A stretch of 64,000 bases of DNA from an uncultured Planctomycetaceae bacterium (lineage in GTDB: Bacteria; Planctomycetota; Planctomycetia; Pirellulales; PALSA-1355), in the NCBI GenBank assembly GCA_963785305.1, contig CAWAUV010000007.1, forward strand, positions 1,216,001 to 1,280,000, written 5' to 3'. The position numbers were made by a program, and so were the translations under genes. Positions within the stretch are counted from its first letter, which is position 1, and every line of letters begins with the position of its first letter. The notes beneath the pieces are model-generated. The model had not been told where the DNA came from. It saw nothing but the letters and a program-made list of their open reading frames with translations, and did not search any database. Shown in pieces: positions 1 through 10,360 of the stretch.

Positions 1-327
1 TCCGGAGCGCATGGCGATTTCGGTGAGGGCGAGACTCACCGCGCGATTGATATGCCGATCGTGCGAGGTCTCGCCTCGAATCACCGCGCCGAGCGCGATC
101 ACGGCCCGATACAGCCCGCTCGAAGCCAGGCGATCGGCCACGAGCGGCAGCTCGAAAGCGCCGGGTGTCCAGGCGACATCGATCGCGTCGTCGGCCAGGC
201 CGTGGCTTGCCAGCGTTTCCACGGCGCCGGCGAGCAGCTTCGTGGTGATCGATTCGTTGTAGCGCGACACGGCGATGCCGATCTTGCCCGCCACGGGGCC
301 GGTGTCTGGATGAAAGACGTTTGGCAT
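1..327 (-). CDS. ribH: 6,7-dimethyl-8-ribityllumazine synthase (3' end runs off the window)
   Basis: Hand translation from ATG 327: [28 protein letters not shown]...PGAFELP...[11 protein letters not shown], the lumazine synthase signature. Absent from the ORF track because it has no stop inside the window. Confidence 0.95.
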   Translation of the reverse strand, partial: MPNVFHPDTGPVAGKIGIAVSRYNESITTKLLAGAVETLASHGLADDAIDVAWTPGAFELPLVADRLASSGLYRAVIALGAVIRGETSHDRHINRAVSLALTEIAMRSG

Positions 328-464
328 GAAAAGCTCGGCGGGAAAGCCTCGAATTCGCGTCGCGCCGAAACACGCGAGCCATGCCCGATTCTACCACACG
401 CCATCGCCTGGCGACAGCACACTCCGGCCGCCCCGCCCCAGCCATCGACGCCGCCGGCGCTGAC

Positions 465-1906
465 ATCTTGGCGTTCATGCTCATCAGAAACTCGGCGTTG
501 GTCTTGGTCTTCTGCAAACGGCGGGTGAGAAATTCCATCGCCTCGGGGCCGTTCATGTCCGTGAGCACGCGCCGCAGCACGCAGATGCGGCGGTACTCTT
601 CCGGATCGAGCAGCATCTCCTCGCGACGCGTGCCGCTGCGCGCGATGTCCACCGCCGGCCAGATGCGCTTGTCGACCAGCTTTCGATCGAGCACGATCTC
701 GAGATTACCGGTGCCCTTGAACTCCTCGAAGATCACTTCGTCCATCTTGCTGCCGGTCTCGACGAGCGCGGTGGCGAGAATCGTGAGCGAGCCGCCCTCC
801 TCCACCTTGCGGGCCGAGCCGAAGAATCGCTTCGGCCGCTGCAAGGCATTGGCGTCGACACCGCCCGAGAGAATCTTGCCCGAATGCGGACATTCGGAAT
901 TCCAAGCGCGGGCGAGCCGCGTGATCGAATCGAGAAAGATCACCACATCGTAGCCATATTCGACCATGCGCTTGGCCTTCTCGATCACCATTTCCGACAC
1001 TTGAATATGCCGGGCCGAGGGCTCGTCGAACGTGGAACTGATCACCTCGCAATTCGGACCTTTGACCTGCCGCTCCATGTCGGTGACTTCTTCGGGGCGC
1101 TCGTCGATCAGAAGCATGATCACATAGCATTCCGGATGGTTCGCGAGCACGCTCTTGGCCATTTGCTGCAAGAGAATGGTCTTGCCCGCCCGGGGCGGAC
1201 TCACGATCAACCCGCGCTGGCCGAATCCGATCGGCACGATCATGTCGATCACGCGCATCGACACGTCGTCGGAGGGGACTTCGAGCACAACGCGCGTGTC
1301 GGGATGCAGCGGCGTGAGATCGTCGAAAAACACCTTTTCGGTGAGCTGATTGGGGTCTTGATAGTTGATCGCCTCGACGCGCAGGAGCGCGAAGTAGCGT
1401 TCGTTTTCCTTGGGCGGGCGAATTTGGCCCGAAACGGTCGCCCCGGTGCGGAGCCCAAACCGGCGAATTTGGCTCGGTGACACATAGATGTCGTCGGGGC
1501 AGGAGAGATAGTGGTAGTCGGGGCTCCGCAAAAAGCCAAAGCCGTCGGGCAGGATTTCGAGCGTCCCCTCGCCGAACATGAGGCCGTTGAGTTTGACCCG
1601 TTCCTTGAGAATCTTGAAGATCAGGTCCTGCTTCTTGATGCCGGTGATTTCTTGCAGATTCTCCTTGCGGGCCTGATCGATAAGCTGCGGCATCGTCATT
1701 CGCTGGAGCTCGGCGATATGAATATCGCCTTGTTTGATCTGCTCATAGCGGTCGTGCGCATCGTCGCCTAATTGCGCGGCTTCGGCTGCCAGTTCTTCCG
1801 CCAGGCTCAGGGGTTCGCGATCCAGATTGAGACTGTCCGAGTCGACCTCGTTGCCGGGCGAGTCGCCACCGCGATTAAGACGAGTGCTGCCGCGTGTTTC
1901 CGACAT
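465..1906 (-). CDS. rho: Transcription termination factor Rho (end approximate; no in-frame stop found)
   Basis: ATG 1906 after AGGAG. Motifs [32 protein letters not shown] and [16 protein letters not shown]-terminal [12 protein letters not shown]. Confidence 0.97.
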
Positions 1907-2170
1907 TTTAATGAGCTCCTGATAAGCGCGAAGATTTCGCGGCGCGCTGAAGGCGCCGACGGCGGGCGGGGTGCGAAACAATTTGGGCAGTGTTATCGAG
2001 AGGGCAGTGTTATCGAGAGAAAAGACGGGGCTCGGGATTCCGTTCGCACGCGATGGGGGGGTGACAGTACGTCGCCCAACCACGGCGCCCATTTGCGCCG
2101 CGGCCAACGGAAAGGCCAATAATCAATATCCTTCGGGGTACTATAGATCCTTCCGGGTGCTAGACATGCT

Positions 2171-2791
2171 TCACGAGGCAGGGATCGGACCGACCACTCG
2201 CTCCCAAAGCGCACGAACCGCAGCGACCGAGGAAGCCCGCGAATCCGAGGTATCCAAAACAAAATCGGCGCCTTGTTGCTTGGCCGCTAACGATTCCTGC
2301 GCAGCCTCACGACGCTCAAAATCGGCGCCACTCCAGCCCCGAGCACGAGCGCGTTCCAAACGCACGTCCCTAGGGGCATCAACGAACACGATCCAATCGC
2401 AAAAACCGTTCCAACCGGCCTTAAACATCACCGGAGCGTCTAGGACAAACAGCGGCGCCCGACCTTCGGACCGATAACGCGCGATCTCGGCAGCCAACAT
2501 TCGAGCGATTCGCGGATGGGTCCATGCTTCTAAAATCGATAATTCGGGCGGTCCCGCGGGGGGCAAGGCAAACACGATCTCGGCCACTCGCCGACGAATG
2601 ATCCGTCCTCGGTCGTCGAGCACTTCGCGACCCCAGCGCCCCGTGAGGGCGACGATCACCTCCGGATCCTCAAGAACACGGTGTCCGGCTTCATCGGCAT
2701 CGAACACGGCAGCGCCCAGCTTGCCCAACTCGCGGGCAACCCAGGTTTTGCCGCTGCAAATTCCACCCACGAGACCCAGAATCGGCGCCAC
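2171..2791 (-). CDS. coaE: Dephospho-CoA kinase
   Basis: ILGLVGGICSGKT P-loop, DAD, THPRI, VLDAP. Probable GTG start at 2791. polA-coaE-rho order is typical. Confidence 0.92.
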   Translation of the reverse strand: MAPILGLVGGICSGKTWVARELGKLGAAVFDADEAGHRVLEDPEVIVALTGRWGREVLDDRGRIIRRRVAEIVFALPPAGPPELSILEAWTHPRIARMLAAEIARYRSEGRAPLFVLDAPVMFKAGWNGFCDWIVFVDAPRDVRLERARARGWSGADFERREAAQESLAAKQQGADFVLDTSDSRASSVAAVRALWERVVGPIPAS

Positions 2792-3032
2792 AAACAGAAA
2801 CACCTGTGTTTCAACAAGGCACGCCCTTCCCCGCGAGGCAGGCCCCGGGGGCTCCAGTCGCGAAAAGCGTCGCGCTTTTTCGGACGCAAGACGTGTTCTC
2901 GCCCGCAATCGCTCAATTTAGTCCGAACCGACCGCGAAAGCGAACGACGAGTCGCTTGCCTTGCGATATTGTCACCCGCCGCCTTTCCGGGTCCAGTCCC
3001 GGTGGCGAATACAAGTGTTTTTGCCCACATTT

Positions 3033-6000
3033 TCAATGTTTCGAGGAATCAATCCAGGGCTCGCAGTCCGCCCAATTGTCGCCCACTTTGACATCGACCT
3101 TGAGCGGCACGCGCAAGGCGAGCGAAGTCGACATCTCATCGCGCACCAGCGCGGCTAGGGCGTCGACATCGCGCGGCGCGACCTCGAACAATAACTCATC
3201 GTGAATCTGCAAAATCATGCGAGCCGCGAGCTTGCTCGACGCAAGCCGGCGGTGGATGTTGATCATCGCCAATTTGATGAGATCGGCCGCCGAACCCTGA
3301 ATCACCGTGTTCGTGGCCGTGCGTTCTGGTAGGTTTCTCTGACGACCGGCGTCGAGCCGCACTCCGCGCACTGCCCGCCGTCGCCCGAGGATGGTGCTAA
3401 CATACCCTTTTGCCGCGCAATCCTCCAGAGCCGATTGCAGAAATTTCTCCACGCCCGGATAGCGATCGAAATACGCATTGATGAATCGCGCCGCCTCGCC
3501 CTGATCGATGCCCAGTTGTTTCGAAAGCCCAAAGGGGCTTTGGCCATAGATCACGCCGAAGTTCACCGCTTTCGCGTTGCGCCGCATCTCGCTCGTCACC
3601 TCGGCGAGCGAAACTTTATAGACCTCGCTCGCCACGCGGGCATGAATGTCTTCATCGCGGGCAAACGACTCCGCTAGAATGGCGTCTTCCGAAAAATGCG
3701 CGAGCACGCGGAGCTCGATCTGCGAATAATCGGCCGCCAGCAATTTCCAGCCCGGCGCCTCTGGAACAAACGCGGCGCGAATCTCGCGCCCGCTCTCGGT
3801 GCGAATGGGAATGTTTTGCAGATTGGGATCGCTCGAGCTGAGCCGACCCGTGGCCGCCACGACTTGATTCAGCGCCGTGTGGACGCGGCCGGTCGCGGGA
3901 TGGGCCATCGTCGGCAAGGCGTCGACATAGGTGCTCTTGAGTTTCGCGTATTGCCGATACTCCATCACCTTCGCCGGCAGCGGATGCCGCGCCGCGAGCT
4001 CCTCGAGCACTTCCGCGTCGGTGCTGCCGCCGGTCTTGGTCTTCTTGAGCATCGGCAACCCCTGCTCGACGAACAGCACTTGCGCCAACTGCTTGGGCGA
4101 ACCGATGTTGAATTCGTGGCCGGCGAGCGCGTAAATCTCTTTCTCGGCGCGGGCAATGTGTTCGCCGAAACGGCTGCTCAGTTCGGCCAGTCGACCATTG
4201 TCGACTTTGAGGCCCGAATATTCCAAGTCGGCCAGCACCTCGACCAGCGGCATTTCCAATGTGGCGAACAGTTCGGTGAGATTGTCCTCGGCCAAGCGCT
4301 CGGCCAGCGGAGCGCACAACCGCCAGGTGACATCGGCGTCTTCGGCCGCATAGTGGCCGATCCGCGCGACCGGCACTTCGTCCATGCGCCGCTGATTGCG
4401 ACCCGAGCCAATCAGCTCGCTGATCTTGGTGGTCGTGTGGCCGAGATAGCGAAGCGCGAGCTCGTCGAGATTGTGGTTGCGCTCGCCGGCGTCGAGCAAA
4501 TAGCTGGCGATCATGGTGTCGAAGGCGGCGCCCCCCAGGCGAACGCCGGCCGCTAGGAGCACGATCATGTCGTACTTCAAATTCTGGCCGACCTTTTCGA
4601 TCGTGGGGTCCTCGAGCGATGGCCGCAGCGCCGCGAGCGCAAGGGCGGGATCGAGACGCGGTTCACCCTCGGGCGCCCGCACCGGCAAATACCATGCGAC
4701 GCCGTCTTCCCACGAAAACGAATAGCCGACGATCTCGGCCCAGCGGGGCCAAAGATGCGTGGTCTCGGTGTCGACCGCATAGCGCCGCTGGGCGCGAAAA
4801 ACGCTCATGAACGCTTCGAGCTTTTCCGGGGTGTCGACAATTCGGTAGTCAAGCGCGGGCGGCGCCGGAATCGGCCGCTCGGCGCGGTCGGCGCGGCTTC
4901 GCTGCCCGACGCGGCGCGCGGCAAGCGCCTGGCGACCGGCCGGTTCAGATTCGCGGGCATCGCGCCGGCAGCGCCGGGCTCGGCCGCGCCGCGGTCGTAG
5001 AGCGTTTTCAATCGCTGGCCCAGGTTGCGAAAACCAAACTCGGCGAACAGCGCCGCCACTTGCTCGGGGTCGGCGTGGCGCATTTGGCCGGCAGCCCAAT
5101 CGATCGCAACCGGCGTCGAGCGGTCGAGAGCCACTAGCCGCCGGCTCATAAGCGCCTGCTCGCGAAACTGAATGAGATTGTCGCGGCGTTTGCTCTTGGG
5201 CAACGATTCGGCGCCGGCCAGGATCGCGTCGAGCGTGCCGAACTTCGCGAGCAGCTCTTGAGCGGTCTTGGGACCAATGCCAGGCACGCCGGGCACATTG
5301 TCCACCGAATCGCCGACGAGCGATTGAAAATCGACCACTTGCCGCGGCGCAACACCCCAGTCGGCGGCCAGCGACGAGGCGTCGAACACTTCGTTCTTGC
5401 GAATATTGAACATTCGCACTTGGTCCGAGAGCAATTGGCGGCAATCCTTGTCGGCGGTTACTAGAAAGCAATGCGCGCCGAGCATTTCGGCCTGATGAGC
5501 AACGCTGGCGAGAATGTCGTCGGCCTCGTAACCCGGCATGTCGAGCACCGCCGCGCCGAAGGCGTCGAGCACGCGTCGAATAGCCGGAAACTGCGGCTTG
5601 AGATCTTCGGGCATCTCGCGGCGGGTGGCTTTGTAGGCGTCGTAGATCGCGTGGCGAAATGTCGGCTCGGGGCGATCGAAGGCGATAAATAAATAGTCGG
5701 GACGGCGCGACTCGAGCAAAAACAAAATGTCCCGCACGAATCCATGCACCGCCGCCACCGGCTCGCCGCGGGGGCCGGTCATTTCGGGCATGCCGTGAAA
5801 CACTTGAAAGATCAGCGAATTCGCGTCGACGACATAGACCGTCTTGCCGCGCGGATCATTGGCCGGCGCGTCTGGCCCGGCCGCCGAATCCGGCGGCGCC
5901 GCCATGTTCGAATCGGGAACCGACTCGGGCGCCAAGGGACTCGCCGCGGCGGCCGAGCCGCGAGCAGCCGCGGGCGGCTCGAGATCGGCCGGCTCGAAAC

Positions 6001-6037
6001 CCGGAAGCGTGTTTTGTCGGGGGGGCGAGGGAGCCAT
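3033..6037 (-). CDS. polA: DNA polymerase I (frameshift near 4880-4900 in the interdomain linker)
   Basis: 5'-3' exonuclease (VDANSLIFQVFH, GYEADD, GDSVDNVPGVPGIGPKTA) in ORF 4805-6196. Proofreading and polymerase domains (DTET, ATGRLSSSDPNLQNIP, DYSQIELR, QIHDEL) in ORF 3033-5471. Confidence 0.97.
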
Positions 6038-6318
6038 GGAGTGGAAACGCGATCCTTGTGCGAAAAACGACAGAGCGAGGAGAAAATGGCGCTCCCCTGC
6101 CCTTCCCGCGATGTGGGGGCGCTGGTAGCCGCCGCCAAATCGTAGCGCCGCCGCACGTTCAGCGTCAAGCGTCGGCGGCGGCGCGGGCGGCGGCAATCCG
6201 AGGATTTGCTCTGTTGCCGGTCGGCGGTAGCGGCAGTAAGCTTGACTTCGCGGCCAAGAAACGCGGGCGCTGGAGTTCGCGCATTTCCTGTTCCCCGGCC
6301 CCTCGCTTGGACTGAATT

Positions 6319-7308
6319 ATGCAATCGCGCAACTCGGGCTTCACGATCATCGAGCTGCTGGTCGTGATTACGATCATCGGCATCTTGGTGGCTCTGCTGC
6401 TGCCGGCCTTGCAAAGCGCTCGCGAGTCGGCGCGCCAAGCCCATTGCGAAAACAACGTGCGTCAATTGGCGCAAGCGTGTCAGCAACACATGAGCGCCTG
6501 CAACCGCATTCCAACCTCGGGCTGGGGCTGGTGCTGGATCGGAGATCCCGACTGCGGCAATGGGGTCGGACAGCCCGGCGGTTGGGTCTACAACATCTTG
6601 CCCTATATAGACCAGCAAGCGCTTCATGACTTGGGCGCTGGTGGAAATATCTCCGCGAAGACCACGGCCGGAACCACGCTGGTCACCACGCCGCTTCCGT
6701 ACCTCAACTGCCCGACGCGTCGCCGCCCCGCCGATACGTTGAATAGCGCGGGTGTCGCGATCTACTACGCCAATGCGCCCTCGAATTTGGCCCGCACGGA
6801 TTACGGCATCAACGCCGGCTCCTCGGGCAATTGCCAAAACGGCGGAGGACCGGGCGGCGGCAGTCAAACGGGATCGCAAATCGGCCCCACCTGGAGCGGC
6901 GCCACGCCCGCCGCCACGAATTTCAACGCCTGGAACGGAGTTTCGTTCCAGCAGAGCATGGTCACTCCCGATCATGTGACCGATGGCCTGGGGTTCACGA
7001 TCCTCATCGGAGAAAAATATCTCAATCCGATGGATTACCTGAACGGCGAAGACGCCCAGGATAACGAAAACATGTATGTCGGCTTCGACAACGACATCTG
7101 CCGCTCGACGAACGAACCGTTTATTACCGACACGGTCAACATCTCCTACGCGTGCAGCTTCGGCAGTGCTCACTTGAACGGCAGCTACTTTTCTTTCTGC
7201 GACGGATCGGTGCGAATGTTGTCGTACTCGATTTCGCCGACGGTGCTCAACAATCTCGGTGGGCGCTCCGATGGCAATGTCGTCGACGAATCGACCTTGG
7301 TCCAATGA
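6319..7308 (+). CDS. DUF1559 prepilin-type N-terminal cleavage/methylation protein
   Basis: [34 protein letters not shown]-terminus and FGSAH...FCDGSVR C-terminus, a planctomycete family. Confidence 0.93.
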   Translation: MQSRNSGFTIIELLVVITIIGILVALLLPALQSARESARQAHCENNVRQLAQACQQHMSACNRIPTSGWGWCWIGDPDCGNGVGQPGGWVYNILPYIDQQALHDLGAGGNISAKTTAGTTLVTTPLPYLNCPTRRRPADTLNSAGVAIYYANAPSNLARTDYGINAGSSGNCQNGGGPGGGSQTGSQIGPTWSGATPAATNFNAWNGVSFQQSMVTPDHVTDGLGFTILIGEKYLNPMDYLNGEDAQDNENMYVGFDNDICRSTNEPFITDTVNISYACSFGSAHLNGSYFSFCDGSVRMLSYSISPTVLNNLGGRSDGNVVDESTLVQ

Positions 7309-7383
7309 TCGGCGCCCGGGAAACCAGAACGCATTCACCCGACGTCGCTCGCTCGGCGGCCCGCTGAATATTTCAACGGGCCA

Positions 7384-7992
7384 TCAGGCCATCGCGGCGA
7401 AATTCTTGAGAATCCGCAGCCCGTCGGCTTGGCTTTTTTCCGGATGAAACTGCGTGGCGAAGAGATTGTCGCGCCACACCATCGAACAAAACGGACCGCC
7501 ATAGACCGTCTCGGTGGCGATCACGGCCGAATCGCGCGGCGCGACATAATACGAGTGAACGAAGTAGCAATAGGCGTTGTCGGAAAGTCCTTCCAGAATC
7601 GGGGGCCGATGGCGCATTTGCAATCCGTTCCAGCCCATGTGCGGCACCTTGAATTCGCTCGGCAGCTCGAACCTGCGGACTTCGCCGGCCAAGATTCCCA
7701 GCCCCGCGTGGCGCCCGCCTTCGTGGCCGACATCGAAGAGCAATTGCAAGCCGAGACAAATGCCGAGAAACGGCTTGCCGGCCGCGATCGCCGCGCGAAT
7801 CGGCTCGACGAGCCGCCGCCGCTCGAGCGCTCGCATCGCATCGGGAAACGCGCCCACGCCCGGTAGCACGATCTTACGCGCGCGGGCCAAGAGCTCGGGA
7901 TCGCTGGTCACGATCGCCTCATGGCCCACCTTGGCAAATCCTTTTTGCACGCTCCGCAGGTTGCCCATCTCGTAATCGACAATAGCAAGCAT
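7384..7992 (-). CDS. hisH: Imidazole glycerol phosphate synthase, glutaminase subunit
   Basis: IVDYEMGNLRSV, LPGVGAF, GICLGLQ, VPHMGWN, YFVHSY, QFHPEKS. Confidence 0.96.
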   Translation of the reverse strand: MLAIVDYEMGNLRSVQKGFAKVGHEAIVTSDPELLARARKIVLPGVGAFPDAMRALERRRLVEPIRAAIAAGKPFLGICLGLQLLFDVGHEGGRHAGLGILAGEVRRFELPSEFKVPHMGWNGLQMRHRPPILEGLSDNAYCYFVHSYYVAPRDSAVIATETVYGGPFCSMVWRDNLFATQFHPEKSQADGLRILKNFAAMA

Positions 7993-8058
7993 CAGGCACT
8001 CGACTCGGGGGACGCGCGAACGAATCAACGCGAGGGCGGGATCAAGACACGTGGGCGA

Positions 8059-9168
8059 TCATTCTTTCGGCAAGGCAAACTCCGCGATCCAAAGCTGGCT
8101 CGTGTGGTCGTCGCCGCGGTTGCTGGTCCACATCAACCGATCGCCGTTGGGTGAAAATACCGGCAGCACATCGGCCGACGCATGGTCCGTGACGCGCGTG
8201 ATCGGCCCCGGCGCCGGGTGGCCATCGGTCATGCCGAACCGCATCAACCACAGATCATAATTGGGCCGCGTCTTCGGATCCGAATGATCCGCCCCGGTCC
8301 AAATCAGATACGGCTGGCTCGGATGCCAATACGGAGCCCAGTTCACGCCCACATTGTCCGTCAGCACCGTGTCGTGCTTGCCTTCCACGTCGATCACGTG
8401 AATCTGCAAGAACTCCTTTTGCTTGCGATCGCTCCGAAACACGATCCAGCGCCCGTCGGGCGAGAAAAACGGACCACCATCGTAGCCATCGGAGTTGGTG
8501 AGTTGCCGCACATTGCCGCCATCGGCGTCCATCACGTAAATATCGGGGTCGCCATCGCGATCGCTGCAAAACACGATCTGCTTCCCGTCGGGCGAGTACG
8601 AGCCCTCGGCGTCGTAGCCCTTGGCGGTGGTGAGTTGCTTGAGGTTCGACCCATCGGGATCGGCTTCGAAGATATCCATCCAGGGGTCGAAGTCCCATTG
8701 ATAGCGGCGATGGCGACCTGCCCGGGCGTCGTCTTCTTGCCGCTTGCGCTCGCCTTCTTCGACCAGCGACAACATGGGGTCCAAATGACTCGAAGCGAAG
8801 ATGATCTTCTTCCCATCGGGTCGATACGCGCTGCAGGTGGTGCGACCGCGGCCGGTGCTGATCATGCGCGCCGGGCCCGACGCCGAGGGTCCCTCGAGGA
8901 GCGCCTGCGAATAAATCTGGTAGAACGGGTATTCGCGCGTGACGGCTTGATACATGATTCGCTTGGCGTCGGGCGAGAAATAGCCCTCGCCCGCCTTCAC
9001 GTAGCCCGAATCGGTCACTTGCCGCACATGGCTCAAAAAGCGGCTCTCGACCGAATCCTCGGCCCGCGCCAGGGGCGACGATCCCAACCAAGCGCTCCAT
9101 CCGGCGGCCAGACCGATGGCCAGACCAAAAGCAACCGCGGTCGGTCGCGGCAAAACGGCGAATCGCAT
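8059..9168 (-). CDS. Secreted TolB-like PD40 beta-propeller protein
   Basis: Signal peptide and repeated SPDG...IVF.SDR WD40-like units; GYDAEGSYSPDG, GYDGGPFFSPDG. Confidence 0.85.
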   Translation of the reverse strand: MRFAVLPRPTAVAFGLAIGLAAGWSAWLGSSPLARAEDSVESRFLSHVRQVTDSGYVKAGEGYFSPDAKRIMYQAVTREYPFYQIYSQALLEGPSASGPARMISTGRGRTTCSAYRPDGKKIIFASSHLDPMLSLVEEGERKRQEDDARAGRHRRYQWDFDPWMDIFEADPDGSNLKQLTTAKGYDAEGSYSPDGKQIVFCSDRDGDPDIYVMDADGGNVRQLTNSDGYDGGPFFSPDGRWIVFRSDRKQKEFLQIHVIDVEGKHDTVLTDNVGVNWAPYWHPSQPYLIWTGADHSDPKTRPNYDLWLMRFGMTDGHPAPGPITRVTDHASADVLPVFSPNGDRLMWTSNRGDDHTSQLWIAEFALPKE

Positions 9169-9415
9169 GAATCCAAGCTCCCCGAGGAAACTGCCGCTCG
9201 ATGCACCGCGACGCTCCAGGCCAAACGCCGGGCGACTCGCGTTCGAGGGCGATTCGATTTATTATAGCCCGGCGCCCGGTGGTTGCGACTCCGACACGCC
9301 CGCCGGCTGCCGCTCTTTTGGTAACGACTCCCGGACACGCGAAAAAGTTCGCGTGAATCACCGCGTCGCCGCCCGGCGGGCGCCGACGCCCACCGCACAT
9401 CCCACGCGAAAATCG

Positions 9416-9967
9416 ATGAAAATCTACACCAAAACCGGCGACGCCGGCGACACGGGGCTCTTCGGCGGCCCGCGCGTGGCGAAAGACTCGACCCGGATCG
9501 AGGCCTATGGCACGGTCGACGAGCTGAACGCCCAACTAGGGCTCGCTCGCGCCGAAGGCCTGCCGCCGGACCTCGACGCGGTGGTCGAGCGCGCCCAGCA
9601 TACGTTGTTCGATCTTGGCGCGCAACTGGCGACCCCCGACCCGCAAAAACATGGCCTACCGCTGGTCGCCGAACCCGCGGCGGCCGAAATCGAGCAGGCC
9701 ATCGATCACCATGAATCGCTGCTGGCTCCGCTCAAGGAGTTCATTCTGCCCGGTGGCTCGAAGGCGGCCGCGCAGTTGCATGTGGCCCGCACGCTCTGCC
9801 GCCGCGCGGAGCGCGAAGTGGTGCGATTGGCCCGCGACGCCACGCCGCCGCTCGCGCCCGGGGCGGTGATATATCTGAATCGGCTGGGCGATTTACTGTT
9901 CGTCTTGGCCCGGCGGGCGAACCAAGCGGCGGGTCTGGCCGATGTTCCCTGGCGCGGGATATCGTAA
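9416..9967 (+). CDS. pduO: ATP:cob(I)alamin adenosyltransferase, PduO type
   Basis: MKIYTKTGDAGDT, RIEAYGTVDELN, FILPGG, RTLCRRAER, YLNRL.D.LF. Confidence 0.92.
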   Translation: MKIYTKTGDAGDTGLFGGPRVAKDSTRIEAYGTVDELNAQLGLARAEGLPPDLDAVVERAQHTLFDLGAQLATPDPQKHGLPLVAEPAAAEIEQAIDHHESLLAPLKEFILPGGSKAAAQLHVARTLCRRAEREVVRLARDATPPLAPGAVIYLNRLGDLLFVLARRANQAAGLADVPWRGIS

Positions 9968-10067
9968 AGGCGCGCACTGCCCGGCGCGGGGAAGCCGCGG
10001 AAACGCCGCGGCCCGGAGCGCGTCGGCGACGCGCGGCTCCCGCGCCTCCGGTGATTGGGACGTCTCC

Positions 10068-10095
10068 TTGTTTCACCGGCGCCGAGGCGTATAAT
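10068..10095 (+). promoter_or_regulatory. Putative sigma70 promoter of the xfp operon leader
   Basis: TTGTTT (10068-10073), 16-nt spacer, perfect TATAAT (10090-10095) in an otherwise GC-rich context. Confidence 0.6.
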
Positions 10096-10101
10096 GTCCG
10101 T

Positions 10102-10202
10102 GCCCGAGCTTGGAATATTCGACTCGCGCGGTTTAATCTGAAGTCTTCGGATGACTAAATAAAGGGTAATTCGGCCAACAGCCGGAAGACCCGTTAACTA
10201 GT
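10102..10202 (+). ncRNA. Candidate structured cis-regulatory leader RNA (unassigned class)
   Basis: Hairpins at 10105-10126, 10142-10156 and 10164-10192 between the promoter and a terminator, with alternative pairing possible to the terminator 5' arm. Confidence 0.5.
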
Positions 10203-10251
10203 AAGCCGATGCGGCGGAACGCCAAAAGCGTTCTGTCGCATCGGCTTTTTT
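10203..10251 (+). terminator. Intrinsic terminator in the xfp leader (attenuator position)
   Basis: 20-bp stem AAGCCGATGCGGCGGAACGC / GCGTTCTGTCGCATCGGCTT with 2 G-U pairs, loop CAAAA, followed by a T-tract, about 110 nt before xfp. Confidence 0.85.
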
Positions 10252-10360
10252 CGTTTTCTTGAAGCACTGCTTTTCAAAAGGCGTTAGACCATTTTGACGG
10301 GAACGAAAATGAGCGATTACAAGCACGATGTGGAGTGCATAAGAGCAAGGGAGCTTAATC

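Noticed and set aside
3033..6037. polA as a naturally split gene or programmed frameshift
   Set aside because: No slippery site or separate start was seen, and the break matches the window-wide indel pattern.
10140..10200. Hammerhead ribozyme or c-di-GMP-I riboswitch in the xfp leader
   Set aside because: The CUGANGA...GAAA core is incomplete, and the GGCAAA...GNRA...GACGCAAAGC pattern and second stem are absent.
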